NCBI GenBank assembly: GCA_964423445.1
Contig: CAYREQ010000001.1
Span: forward strand, 1,732 to 65,731
Length of the DNA stretch: 64,000 nt
DNA from: an uncultured Candidatus Saccharibacteria bacterium
GTDB taxonomy: Bacteria > Patescibacteriota > Minisyncoccia > Phycocordibacterales > UBA9973
Direction of reading: 5' to 3'
Below are positions 11,609 through 21,384 of this stretch, piece by piece. Every line of letters starts with the position of its first letter. The stretch's first letter is position 1. A program made the position numbers and the translations under genes. The notes under the pieces are model-generated. The model worked only from the letters and a program-made list of their open reading frames with translations. It was not told where the DNA came from and did no database searches.

Positions 11609-11652
11609 AAAACTAAAAAATACAGCCTAAAAAGCTGTATTTTTTAGTTTTT
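11609..11652 (+). terminator. Intrinsic terminator
   Basis: AAAACTAAAAAATACAGC/GCTGTATTTTTTAGTTTT inverted repeat. Confidence 0.75.
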
Positions 11653-11670
11653 TTATATTAAACTATTAAC

Positions 11671-13071
11671 ATGGATGCATTTTTAGAAGGTGTTGAGGAG
11701 GGAGTAATAGAATACTGGCCTTGGCTTCTTGCTACAGTAGCTCTCTTTTTCCTTTGGTATTACGATATGCTGTATGGTTTAGTAAAAGGCATTCTTCCAC
11801 TGATAGGAACTTTTTTTCTCGGATGGGTAGCATATAAAATGTGGATTCACTACATAAGACAGGATTTCATTTCCGGTATTGATTTTGTTTTACTTGAAAT
11901 TATTCCTCCTCGTGAAGTATTACGTTCACCAAAAGCCATGGAGCTTTTTATCACAAATGCTCTTTATCACTGGAGTTACAAAGGAGGTAAAGAAGAGTAT
12001 TGGCAAGGAGCTGTCTGGTTCTGGTTTTCTTTGGAGATAGCATCCATAGATGGACAAGTACATTTTTATATTCGTACGCCTACCCGTATTAGAGGATTGA
12101 TTGAGACACAAATGTACGCTCAATATCCTCAATCACAAATAAGAGAAGTTCCAGACTATACTTTGGCAGTCGACAAGATAAGTCCTGAGAGTGCATGGAT
12201 GGGCTGGGGTTGTGAATTTGGTTTATTAAAACCAGAGGCTTATCCACTAAAAACTTATGTAGACTTCGGTCTAGATAAAGATCCAAAAGAAGAATATAAA
12301 GTAGATCCTATTTCTCCAATAGTAGAGCTTTTTGGTTCTATAAAAAAAGGTGAACAAATGTGGTTGCAGATTGTCATCACTCCAGTAAAGAAAATGTATC
12401 ATACAAAAGGTACTTGGTTTGGTACGCATGATTGGGTCACGGAATCTAGAAATGAATTATTTAATTTGCTCAAAGATTATACCAGTGTTAAACAACGTCC
12501 AGGTGATCCAGGCAACTCTCGAGTGGAAGTTCGTGTACCTGCATACTTAGACAGAGCCACAAAGGCTATGAGTGCTAAGACTTCAAAAATTGGTTTTGAG
12601 ACAGGCATCAGAGTGATGTATGTAGCTAAAAAAGAAGCTTGGGATATGAGTAGCCGGAGAAACATCCGTCTTATCTTCCGTCAGTATGATGCACCAGACG
12701 TAAATGGATTAGTGCGTATGAATTCCACACAGGCAGATGCATACAGTGGACTCTTTGGACTTTCACAAGAAAAAGTGATGCTATTAGCAGATAGAATGCT
12801 TCATGAATATCGTGAAAGGGGATTCTTTCATCTTCCTATGAGGCATCATTTATTTAACAAGCATGCACTTAGTTGGCCATTTGAAAGTATTATTGCTGGT
12901 TCAGTCTTAATCCAACCTTTCTTTTTGCCATATTTCCACCCACAAACTTTCGTTTTAAATACAGAAGAAATAGCCACTCTTTGGCATTTCCCTGGTCAGA
13001 TATTAAAAGTTCCTACACTCGAACGTATCGAGTCTACAGACGCTTCTCCTCCTACAAATTTACCAACTTAA
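11671..13071 (+). CDS. CPR-typical membrane protein of the family usually found with VirB4/TraD-like ATPases
   Basis: N-terminal TMs, LLEIIPP, FSLEIAS, YAQYP, LNTEEIATLWHFP. Confidence 0.65.
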   Translation: MDAFLEGVEEGVIEYWPWLLATVALFFLWYYDMLYGLVKGILPLIGTFFLGWVAYKMWIHYIRQDFISGIDFVLLEIIPPREVLRSPKAMELFITNALYHWSYKGGKEEYWQGAVWFWFSLEIASIDGQVHFYIRTPTRIRGLIETQMYAQYPQSQIREVPDYTLAVDKISPESAWMGWGCEFGLLKPEAYPLKTYVDFGLDKDPKEEYKVDPISPIVELFGSIKKGEQMWLQIVITPVKKMYHTKGTWFGTHDWVTESRNELFNLLKDYTSVKQRPGDPGNSRVEVRVPAYLDRATKAMSAKTSKIGFETGIRVMYVAKKEAWDMSSRRNIRLIFRQYDAPDVNGLVRMNSTQADAYSGLFGLSQEKVMLLADRMLHEYRERGFFHLPMRHHLFNKHALSWPFESIIAGSVLIQPFFLPYFHPQTFVLNTEEIATLWHFPGQILKVPTLERIESTDASPPTNLPT

Positions 13072-13072
13072 T

Positions 13073-14005
13073 ATGATAGAAAATATACAAGATATTCCTT
13101 TAAAGGATGAAAAATATTCTTTTTTAAAGTCTAGGAAATTCAAGCTTCTTACCACTTCTTTTTCGGTGTTAGTTTTTTTTATTTTAATATATGTTTTTCT
13201 TTTTAGTGCACCATCAAATTTTATACCTGGCACTATATTGCAAGTAGAACCAGGCATGAGCCTGCATAGTATTTCATTAAAATTAAAAAATGAAAATATT
13301 ATACGCTCGAGGTCTATGTTTGAAATTTTTGCTATAGCTTTTGGTGGTGAAAAACGTATAAAATTTTCAGATTATTTATTTCAAGAAAAAATTCCTGTAT
13401 ACAAAGTGGCTCTTTTAATAGTAAAAGGGGAACGTTATATGGCACCAGTAGTGGTCACTATACCGGAAGGTCTGAATATAAATGAAATTGCAGATGTATA
13501 TAGTAAGAAATTAAAATATTTTAATGAAAATAACTTTTTATTAAAAGCCAAGGAAGGCTATCTTTTTCCTGACACTTACTATTTCTTGAGTACAGACACA
13601 GAGGTAAAGGCCATTGAATCTATGAGTAAAAATTATGAGAAAAAAATCTCACCTATTCGCCCAGACATTGTTTCTTCAGGAAAGACTGAAAATGAAATAA
13701 TTACTATGGCGTCAATTTTAGAAAAAGAAGCAAGTGGTGACGCTGATAGGGAGCTCATATCTGGAATTTTATGGAAGAGACTCAGTATAGGAATGGCTCT
13801 ACAAGTAGATGCTGAACCAAATACATACAAGACAAAAGGATTACCTAAAAATCCAATCGGCAACCCTGGATTGGAGGCTATAAATGCAGCATTAAACCCA
13901 AAAAAATCAGCATATTTATATTATCTACATGATAAAGATGGCATCACTCACTATGCCAAGACTTTTTCTGAACATAAAAAAAATATAGCTAAATTTTTAA
14001 AATAA
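13073..14005 (+). CDS. mltG: Endolytic transglycosylase MltG
   Basis: VTIPEG, EGYLFPDTY, ASILEKE, GLPKNPIGNPG. Confidence 0.92.
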   Translation: MIENIQDIPLKDEKYSFLKSRKFKLLTTSFSVLVFFILIYVFLFSAPSNFIPGTILQVEPGMSLHSISLKLKNENIIRSRSMFEIFAIAFGGEKRIKFSDYLFQEKIPVYKVALLIVKGERYMAPVVVTIPEGLNINEIADVYSKKLKYFNENNFLLKAKEGYLFPDTYYFLSTDTEVKAIESMSKNYEKKISPIRPDIVSSGKTENEIITMASILEKEASGDADRELISGILWKRLSIGMALQVDAEPNTYKTKGLPKNPIGNPGLEAINAALNPKKSAYLYYLHDKDGITHYAKTFSEHKKNIAKFLK

Positions 14006-14020
14006 GGTTAGATTAATTCT

Positions 14021-15190
14021 ATGAAGCAAAACAAGCAAACAGTATTTGTGGGACTTTCAGGTGGGGTGGACAGCGCTGTGTCTGCCACTTTGCTAAAAAA
14101 TAGTGGTTATGAGGTAGTGGGAGTTTTCATAAAGACTTGGCACCCAGACTTTATAGAATGCAATGAAGAAGATGAAAAGAGAGACGCTATGCGTGTAGCC
14201 GCGTATTTAGATATACCATTTTTGACCCTAGACCTAGAAGATGTATATAAAAAAGAAGTCGCAGACTATATGATAAGAGAGTATGAAGCTGGTAGAACTC
14301 CAAATCCAGATGTCATGTGCAATAAGGAAGTAAAGTTTGGAGCGTTCTTAAAAAAAGCACTTTCTATGGGGGCTGATTTTGTGGCGACAGGGCATTATGC
14401 ACAGCGGGTACAGAAAAATTCTTCCGCTTTACCCGCAAGTGGGCTCCGACACGGACAGAATTTTTCTGTACCCGCTGTGCTGGGGAAAGGCGTAGACCCA
14501 AGCAAAGACCAAAGTTATTTTCTTTGGACTTTAAATCAAAAACAATTATCTAAAATTTTATTTCCTATTGGGCATCTAAAGAAGACAGAAGTTAGAAAAT
14601 TGGCGAAAAAATTTAAATTACCTGTAGCAGAAAAACATGATAGTCAAGGTATTTGTTTTTTGGGTGCGATTGATTTAAAAGAATTTTTAAAGCATTACAT
14701 AAAATCAAAGAAGGGCAAAGTTCTAAATACGGAAGGGGAAGTGATAGGTCATCATGATGGAGCTGTATTTCATACGCTCGGAGAAAGACATGGTTTTGTA
14801 ATTACTAAAAAGAGTCCAAATGATGGAGCTTATTATGTGGTAGCTAAAGATATAAAGAAAAATATTTTGGTTGTGTCGCAGAAAAATGAGAAAGATACTT
14901 TTTCTCAGTCGCTCGGTCCCTCACTGCGTTCAGCCACTCCTTCTAAAAAGCACATTTCTCATTTTTCTGTAGATTTGGAAAATCCAAATTGGATTTCAGA
15001 AATTCCACAAGAAAATAAAAACTACACAGCGCAAGTTCGTTATCATGGAGAATTTTTACATTGTAAAATTAAAATCAAAACAAAAGACAGTGCAGAGATA
15101 ATTTTTGAAAAACCAGTTTTGGTAGCGAGCGGTCAATCTATAGTAGTCTATGATGATGACATTTGCCTAGGTGGTGGAGTAGTTGTATAA
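14021..15190 (+). CDS. mnmA: tRNA 2-thiouridylase MnmA (carries two palindromic in-frame insertions)
   Basis: SGGVDS, TPNPDVMCN, ATGHYA, KDQSYFL, DSQGICF. Confidence 0.95.
   Translation: MKQNKQTVFVGLSGGVDSAVSATLLKNSGYEVVGVFIKTWHPDFIECNEEDEKRDAMRVAAYLDIPFLTLDLEDVYKKEVADYMIREYEAGRTPNPDVMCNKEVKFGAFLKKALSMGADFVATGHYAQRVQKNSSALPASGLRHGQNFSVPAVLGKGVDPSKDQSYFLWTLNQKQLSKILFPIGHLKKTEVRKLAKKFKLPVAEKHDSQGICFLGAIDLKEFLKHYIKSKKGKVLNTEGEVIGHHDGAVFHTLGERHGFVITKKSPNDGAYYVVAKDIKKNILVVSQKNEKDTFSQSLGPSLRSATPSKKHISHFSVDLENPNWISEIPQENKNYTAQVRYHGEFLHCKIKIKTKDSAEIIFEKPVLVASGQSIVVYDDDICLGGGVVV
14399..14480. repeat. Palindromic element, family 1, copy A (inside mnmA)
   Basis: 24-bp perfect inverted arms around TCCGCTTTACCCGCAAGTGGGCTCCGACACGGAC. 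Confidence 0.9.
14879..14969. repeat. Palindromic element, family 2 (inside mnmA)
   Basis: CAGAAAAATGAGAAA/TTTCTCATTTTTCTG arms around a C-rich core. Confidence 0.8.
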
Positions 15191-15197
15191 TTGGCCT

Positions 15198-15674
15198 ATG
15201 TCTCAATTTTTTATACAAAACGGTGATGTTATTTTAAGATTAGTAGTAGCTGCAGGCTTGGGCCTATTTATAGGTCTAGAGAGAGCTATTGTTCACAAAG
15301 AAGCTGGCATGAAGACTCATGCCTTGGTATCTATTGGTGCAGCTTTGTTTATAATAATTTCTGAAATGATAGCAATAAAACACGGCACTTTTGGCGGATT
15401 TGATCCTACTAGAATGGCTTCACAAATTATCGTAGGTATCGGTTTCTTGGGAGCTGGTTCTATAATTTTACAAGGAAATAGATTGATGGGTCTCACTACA
15501 GCAGGAGGATTATGGGTCACAGCTGGGGTAGGTATGGCTTCTGGTTTTGGATTCTTCAGCCTAGCTTTTATAGTCACTGGTATTATATTTATAGTGCTTA
15601 CCGCCGTAAATATAGTAGAAAAACCTATCAGAAAAATGGCTGGGGAGAAAATAGACGATAAATTCCAGAGCTAA
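15198..15674 (+). CDS. MgtC/SapB family membrane protein
   Basis: IGLER...AGMKTH, ASQIIVGIGFLGAG, GLTTA. Confidence 0.88.
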   Translation: MSQFFIQNGDVILRLVVAAGLGLFIGLERAIVHKEAGMKTHALVSIGAALFIIISEMIAIKHGTFGGFDPTRMASQIIVGIGFLGAGSIILQGNRLMGLTTAGGLWVTAGVGMASGFGFFSLAFIVTGIIFIVLTAVNIVEKPIRKMAGEKIDDKFQS

Positions 15675-15681
15675 TAAAAAA

Positions 15682-17433
15682 ATGGATTCAAATGAGATTA
15701 GGTCAAGATTTTTAAAATTTTTTGAAAAGAGGGAACATAAAATAATTCCTTCAGCTTCACTAGTCCCTGAAAACGATCCATCAGTTTTATTTAATACTGC
15801 CGGCATGCAACCATTGGTGCCGTATCTCTTGGGACAACCTCACCCTATGGGTAAGAGAATTGTCGATATACAAAAATGTGTACGCACTGGAGACCTTGAC
15901 GACATAGGTGATAAACGCCACTTTTCTTTTTTTGAAATGATGGGCAACTGGTCTCTCGGAGATTATTTCAAAGAAGACGCTATCAAATGGAGCTATGAAT
16001 TTCTAACTTCAAAAGAAGAAGGATTAGGCTTAGATATAAATCGACTTTATTTTACAATATTTAAAGGAGATGAAAATGCTCCTTTTGATGAAGAATCAAA
16101 AAAGATTTGGATGAGTTTGGGTATTCCTGAACATAGAATTTATGCACTAGGAGCTGAAGACAATTGGTGGAGTCCAGGAGACAATGGCCCATGTGGTCCA
16201 TGTAGTGAAATGTTTTACGATATGTCTGGTGATGTCGGAGATTTGCCACATGAAGATTTTTTGAAAGCTATAAATGATGAGAGAGTTATAGAAATTTGGA
16301 ACGATGTTTTCATGGAATATGAAAAGAAAGACGGTAAAGTAATAGGTAAATTAAAACAAAAAAATGTAGACACAGGCGCAGGCCTAGAGCGCATTACGGC
16401 AGTAATGCAAGGTAAACAAACAGCATACGATACTGATTTACTTCAAGGTGCGTTAGACATAGTCAAAGAATCCTCTTTGAAATTTGATGAAAAGTCTACT
16501 AGGGTCATTGTGGACCATGTGAGGACAGCCACTTTTTTAATTTCTGATAGTGTTATACCAGCAAATAAAAATCAAGGCTATGTCTTGAGAAGATTAATTA
16601 GAAGGGCAGTATTTAAAATGCGTAATTTAGAATCACATAAAGTTTTAAGTACTAATCTAATTAAATTTTTTGTCGATAAATATTCACCAACTTATCCAAA
16701 TTTAAGAGATTTAGATATTAAATCTATATTTCAAAAAGAAGAAGAAAGATTCTTGAATACTTTAAATGAAGGGGCGAAAGAATTTGAGAAAGGTACTGAC
16801 CCATTTGTCTTGGCCACAACTTATGGTTTTCCGATAGAGCTTACCGAAGAATTGGCAAAAGAAAAAGGACAGACTATAGATAAAGAAGATTTCAAAAAAA
16901 AGATGGCAGAGCACCAAAAGCTTTCTCAGACTTCTTCAGCAGGGATGTTTAAAGGAGGTCTCGCAAATCATAATGAAAAAACTATTCGTCTTCACACAGC
17001 TCACCACTTATTATTAGCTGCACTTCAACAAGTCGTAGATAAAAATATAAAACAAAGAGGTAGTAATATCACGGAAGAACGTTTGCGTATAGATTTTCTA
17101 TGCGACCACAAGCTGACCGACGAAGAAAAACAAAAAGTGGAAGATTTAGTAAATGAAAAAATAAAAGAAGGGCTTGTTGTCACTCGTCATGAAATGGCAA
17201 AAACTGAAGCAGAAAAACTCGGTGCAGAGATGGAGTTTGGTGTCAAATACGCTGACACAGTCTCAGTGTATTCAATAGGTAAAACCTCTGAGATAAATAA
17301 TGACACATTTAGTCTAGAATTTTGTGGTGGTCCACATGTAAAAAACACAAACGAACTCTCAATTTTTAAAATTCAAAAAGAAGAATCTGTGGCACAGGGG
17401 ATTAGACGCATAAAAGCTGTTCTTGTTTCTTAA
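15682..17433 (+). CDS. alaS: Alanine--tRNA ligase (short form without C-Ala domain)
   Basis: LFNTAGMQP, FEMMGNWS, DTGAGLER, HTAHH and EFCGGPH editing motifs. Confidence 0.95.
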   Translation: MDSNEIRSRFLKFFEKREHKIIPSASLVPENDPSVLFNTAGMQPLVPYLLGQPHPMGKRIVDIQKCVRTGDLDDIGDKRHFSFFEMMGNWSLGDYFKEDAIKWSYEFLTSKEEGLGLDINRLYFTIFKGDENAPFDEESKKIWMSLGIPEHRIYALGAEDNWWSPGDNGPCGPCSEMFYDMSGDVGDLPHEDFLKAINDERVIEIWNDVFMEYEKKDGKVIGKLKQKNVDTGAGLERITAVMQGKQTAYDTDLLQGALDIVKESSLKFDEKSTRVIVDHVRTATFLISDSVIPANKNQGYVLRRLIRRAVFKMRNLESHKVLSTNLIKFFVDKYSPTYPNLRDLDIKSIFQKEEERFLNTLNEGAKEFEKGTDPFVLATTYGFPIELTEELAKEKGQTIDKEDFKKKMAEHQKLSQTSSAGMFKGGLANHNEKTIRLHTAHHLLLAALQQVVDKNIKQRGSNITEERLRIDFLCDHKLTDEEKQKVEDLVNEKIKEGLVVTRHEMAKTEAEKLGAEMEFGVKYADTVSVYSIGKTSEINNDTFSLEFCGGPHVKNTNELSIFKIQKEESVAQGIRRIKAVLVS

Positions 17434-17452
17434 GTAGTGATATAATTTCACT

Positions 17453-18697
17453 ATGAATATCTTGGGTATTTTTTCTAAAGTAAAAAAGAAAGATGAGCTA
17501 GTATTAGTTTTTGATATTGGTTCTTCGTCTGTAAAAGCAGCACTTTTTTATATACGAGAATCTGGTGTACCAAAGATTATTACTTCTATCCGTGAACCGA
17601 TAATACTCGAAGATAAGGTAGACCCAGATAGATTTTTACTTTTGACAATTCAAGCACTAGAGACTGTAACTAATAAAATTTACACCAAAGGCCTAGGTGC
17701 TCCATCAAGGATTTTCTGTATATTTTCTTCACCGTGGCATATTTCTCAGACTAGAGTTATCAGCTATAAACAAGACACACCTTTTGTATTTACTTCAAAA
17801 TTGTCCGAAGAGTTGATACAAAAAGATATAGCCGTCCTCAAAGAAAATTATTTAAAAAAGTATTCAGATGCTGATCACGCTCTCCGTTTGATTGAATTAA
17901 AAAATATTAAAATAGTTTTAAATGGTTATGAGACTATAAAACCACTCGGTAAAAAAGCCAAAGAAGTCGAGATGACTATCTTTGTATCAATGAGTGAAGA
18001 AAAAGTATGTAAAAAAATAGAAGAAACCATAGCCAAACATTTTACTTCTAGCGCTATTAGTAGTGAAATAAAATTCTCTCCATTTACATTGGCAGCCTTC
18101 ACTATAATTCGTGATTTATTTGTAGATCAAAATAATTTCCTTTTGATAAATATCGGGGGAGAAATCACGGACATTTCAATGATAAAAAATGATATTTTAC
18201 GAGAGTCCACTTCTTTCCCACTCGGCATAAACTTTATGATACGTGAGGTCGCCTCTACTATGAAATGCTCTCTCGCCGAAGCCAAGTCCCTCATTTCTCT
18301 CTTCAAGGATGGGCACGCCGCACCAAATACATTAAATACATTAGAGCCAGCTATAGCCAAGCTAAAGATAGAATGGCTAAAGAAATTCCAAGAATCCCTA
18401 GCAAATTTGTCCAATGATATTTCCATACCAGCCTTTGTGTACACAACTGTAGACAAAGACTTGGCAGAATTTTTTGCTGAAATAATAAAGACTGAGCAAT
18501 TCAACCAATACACTCTCACAGAATCAAAATTCCAAATTGTATTTTTAAATATTGAAAATTTACATGGTATAGCAGAATTTGGGGAAGACTCCATGTTTAA
18601 TGCTTTCCTCACTATTGATGGAGCTTATATAAACCGCTTTTTAGCAAAAGTTCCCGAGCGTAACTTTGAAAAATTCTTACTACAAGATAAAATATAA
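17453..18697 (+). CDS. FtsA/PilM-like actin-fold protein
   Basis: VFDIGSSSVK and LLINIGGEITD phosphate motifs. Confidence 0.7.
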   Translation: MNILGIFSKVKKKDELVLVFDIGSSSVKAALFYIRESGVPKIITSIREPIILEDKVDPDRFLLLTIQALETVTNKIYTKGLGAPSRIFCIFSSPWHISQTRVISYKQDTPFVFTSKLSEELIQKDIAVLKENYLKKYSDADHALRLIELKNIKIVLNGYETIKPLGKKAKEVEMTIFVSMSEEKVCKKIEETIAKHFTSSAISSEIKFSPFTLAAFTIIRDLFVDQNNFLLINIGGEITDISMIKNDILRESTSFPLGINFMIREVASTMKCSLAEAKSLISLFKDGHAAPNTLNTLEPAIAKLKIEWLKKFQESLANLSNDISIPAFVYTTVDKDLAEFFAEIIKTEQFNQYTLTESKFQIVFLNIENLHGIAEFGEDSMFNAFLTIDGAYINRFLAKVPERNFEKFLLQDKI

Positions 18698-18699
18698 TT

Positions 18700-20037
18700 A
18701 TGCCTAAAAATTTATTTCAAGACATGGTAAAGGTAAAAAATTCTTCTCCTAAAACTCTCCAAAAAGAGATGGTGAGACCCACTACCGTAAGACAATCTCC
18801 GAGAATGGAAGAAGTAAAAAAATACCCTAGTGTAAAAAAAATTCCTAGGCAAGAATTTTCTCAAAGAGAAATTCCTGAGTACAGAGAATTTAAAGAAAAT
18901 AAAAATACAAAATCTCGCCACGGGCTTTGGTTGGTAGCTTTTATTTCAATAATATTTTTTATCTTTGCTTTGTCTTTTCTTTTTGCTAGGGCTACAGTAA
19001 CAGTAAATCCAAAGGTAAATGATTTTGCCCTAGATAAAAATTGGTCTGCTATAAAAGATATAAATTCAAATGGTCTATCTTTTGATTTAGTCATCATCTC
19101 TGGTGAGGAAGTCAAAAAAGTTTCTGGTGGAGAAGAAAAAGAAGTATCTTTAAATTCCAAAGGTAAAGTTTTTATTTACAATACATTTAGTGCTTTACCT
19201 CAAAAACTTGCAAATAATACAAAGCTCGAAGGTTCAAATGGTAAATTTTACAAGACCAGTAGTGAAGTCACAGTTCCAGGCATGAATATAGATGGCACTG
19301 CTGGGAAAATAGAAGTGGGTATCTTAGGCATGGAAGCAGGGCAAGAGTACAACAGTGAACCCCTTGATTTTACTTTATCTGGGTTTAAGGGAACTCCAAA
19401 ATATTCAAAGTTTTATGGCAGGAGCAACGGAGCAATAACTGGTGGATTTAAGGGGAAAACACTAGTCATAGCTGAAGAAGAGCAACAAAAGGTATTCAAT
19501 GAGCTAAAAGTAGCCTTGAAAGACAAGCTTTTACAAAAAGCTATTGACCAAATTCCAAATGGCTTTATCCTATTTAAAGATGCAGCTTTCTTAAATATAG
19601 ACGAAGAAGGTGTCGAATTTACCTCAGAAGACGGTAATACTCCAGTAAAAGTAAAAGGCACACTTTATGGTTTTTTGTTTAGTGAAAAAGAGTTGACTAC
19701 AAAAATTGCCAAAGACAGTATAGCCAATTATGACGATAGCGAAGTATATATACCAAATATCAAAGACTTAGTTTTTACTATGATTGATAAAGACATATCA
19801 TTTAGTGATGTCCAAAATATAAATTTCAATTTGTCTGGTAATGCCAAGGTCGTCTGGAAGTTTGATGACGCTAGTTTTGCTGGTTCGCTTTTAGGTAAAT
19901 CAAAAAATGATTTCAATCAAATATTATCAGAATATCCTCACGTGGATTCTGCCGAGCTAGAGCTCAGTCCATTTTGGGTCAGATCAATACCAAGTAAATT
20001 AAAAGACATAAAGGTAATAGTAAATTATCCAAAATAA
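18700..20037 (+). CDS. Single-TM protein with baseplate-J-like extracellular domain (CPR-typical partner of the FtsA-like gene)
   Basis: TM helix then G.V.IYN...Q.L..T.L...G..Y, AGQEYN, ITGGF motifs. Confidence 0.6.
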   Translation: MPKNLFQDMVKVKNSSPKTLQKEMVRPTTVRQSPRMEEVKKYPSVKKIPRQEFSQREIPEYREFKENKNTKSRHGLWLVAFISIIFFIFALSFLFARATVTVNPKVNDFALDKNWSAIKDINSNGLSFDLVIISGEEVKKVSGGEEKEVSLNSKGKVFIYNTFSALPQKLANNTKLEGSNGKFYKTSSEVTVPGMNIDGTAGKIEVGILGMEAGQEYNSEPLDFTLSGFKGTPKYSKFYGRSNGAITGGFKGKTLVIAEEEQQKVFNELKVALKDKLLQKAIDQIPNGFILFKDAAFLNIDEEGVEFTSEDGNTPVKVKGTLYGFLFSEKELTTKIAKDSIANYDDSEVYIPNIKDLVFTMIDKDISFSDVQNINFNLSGNAKVVWKFDDASFAGSLLGKSKNDFNQILSEYPHVDSAELELSPFWVRSIPSKLKDIKVIVNYPK

Positions 20038-20101
20038 ATCAATATTATATATACAAAACACATTGACCAATGGTCATAATTCTGTTAGTATAAAAATACA
20101 A

Positions 20102-20332
20102 ATGAGTCAAATTAAAAACGAAAAACCTTTGACGACAAAAGGCACTGTAACAGAAGCATTACCATCTACTTTGTTTCGAGTAAACATCAAAGAGAACGAA
20201 ATAGATAAAGAAATTTTGGCATATCTATCTGGGAAAATGCGAATGCACAGAATCAAGGTTTTAGTCGGTGATTCTGTCGAAGTTGTCCTCGATTCTTATG
20301 GTGGAAAAGGGAGGATTGTAAAAAGGTTGTAA
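20102..20332 (+). CDS. infA: Translation initiation factor IF-1
   Basis: GTVTEALP, AYLSGKMRMHRIKVLVGD. Confidence 0.95.
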   Translation: MSQIKNEKPLTTKGTVTEALPSTLFRVNIKENEIDKEILAYLSGKMRMHRIKVLVGDSVEVVLDSYGGKGRIVKRL

Positions 20333-20435
20333 TTTTTTTAATAATAGTGTATTATACTAAGTACGGTTCTTAAGTTTTAATAGTATTTAGAAATAAGGGT
20401 TTTTTCCCTTTTTTTGTCTAATTTTCTGTGTATTT

Positions 20436-20546
20436 ATGAAAATCAAATCAGCAGTAAAAAAAATTTGTCATAATTGTAAAATGGTTAAAAGAGCCAGGCA
20501 TTTAAGAATTATCTGCTCAAATCCTAAGCATAAACAAAAACAATAA
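20436..20546 (+). CDS. rpmJ: 50S ribosomal protein L36
   Basis: Manual translation [36 protein letters not shown]; below the ORF-track cutoff. Confidence 0.95.
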   Translation: MKIKSAVKKICHNCKMVKRARHLRIICSNPKHKQKQ

Positions 20547-20551
20547 TTAAT

Positions 20552-20932
20552 ATGAGAATCCTTGGAATAACAATACCAGACGAAAAAAGATTAGAATTTG
20601 GCTTGACTGTACTATACGGTATAGGTCTTTCTACTTCTAGAAAAATTTTAGCTCAAGTAAATATTGATGCTGGACGTCACGCTAAAGATTTAAACGATGA
20701 CGAAGAAAATAAAATCCGTGCTGTCATAGAAAGTATGACAATAGAAGGAAACTTGAAAAGAGAAATTTCAGCAAACATAAAAAGATTAAAAGACGTGAAG
20801 AGTTACAGAGGTACTCGCCACATGAAGAGATTGCCAGTCAGAGGTCAACGTACAAAAACAAATTCAAGAACTGTCAGAGGTAACGTACGTAGAACAATGG
20901 CATCAGGTAAGAGAAAAGAAAGTAAGACATAA
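20552..20932 (+). CDS. rpsM: 30S ribosomal protein S13
   Basis: YGIG, YRGTRH, LPVRGQRTKTNSRT. Confidence 0.97.
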   Translation: MRILGITIPDEKRLEFGLTVLYGIGLSTSRKILAQVNIDAGRHAKDLNDDEENKIRAVIESMTIEGNLKREISANIKRLKDVKSYRGTRHMKRLPVRGQRTKTNSRTVRGNVRRTMASGKRKESKT

Positions 20933-20935
20933 TTT

Positions 20936-21361
20936 ATGGTAAAAACAACAGATAAAAAAGAAATAAACGAAGAGGTAAAGGAAGAAAAAGTTATCTCAAA
21001 ATCTAGCAAGAAAAAATTGTCTGCTGGAGTTTTACACATTGAGGCGACTTTCAACAATACCAAAGTACTTTTTTCAGATAAAGGAGGCAATACATTATTT
21101 TGGTCAAGTGCAGGATCTCTTGGTTTTCGTGGTGCAAAAAAAGGTACACCTTTCGTAGCTTCAAAGATAGGAGATTTAATCGGAGGAAAGGCAGCACAAA
21201 TCGGAGTCAAAGAAGCAGATGTAGTAGTCTTAGGAGTTGGATCTGGTCGCGAATCAGCAATCAGAGCATTTATGGCACACGGTATTCAAATCACTTCTAT
21301 AGTAGATGCGACACCTGTACCACATAATGGTCCAAAAGCTAAGAAGCCAAGAAGAGTATAG
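20936..21361 (+). CDS. rpsK: 30S ribosomal protein S11
   Basis: ATFNNT, GSGRESA, DATPVPHNG. Confidence 0.97.
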   Translation: MVKTTDKKEINEEVKEEKVISKSSKKKLSAGVLHIEATFNNTKVLFSDKGGNTLFWSSAGSLGFRGAKKGTPFVASKIGDLIGGKAAQIGVKEADVVVLGVGSGRESAIRAFMAHGIQITSIVDATPVPHNGPKAKKPRRV

Positions 21362-21384
21362 TTAAAAAATAATTTAAAAAAGTT

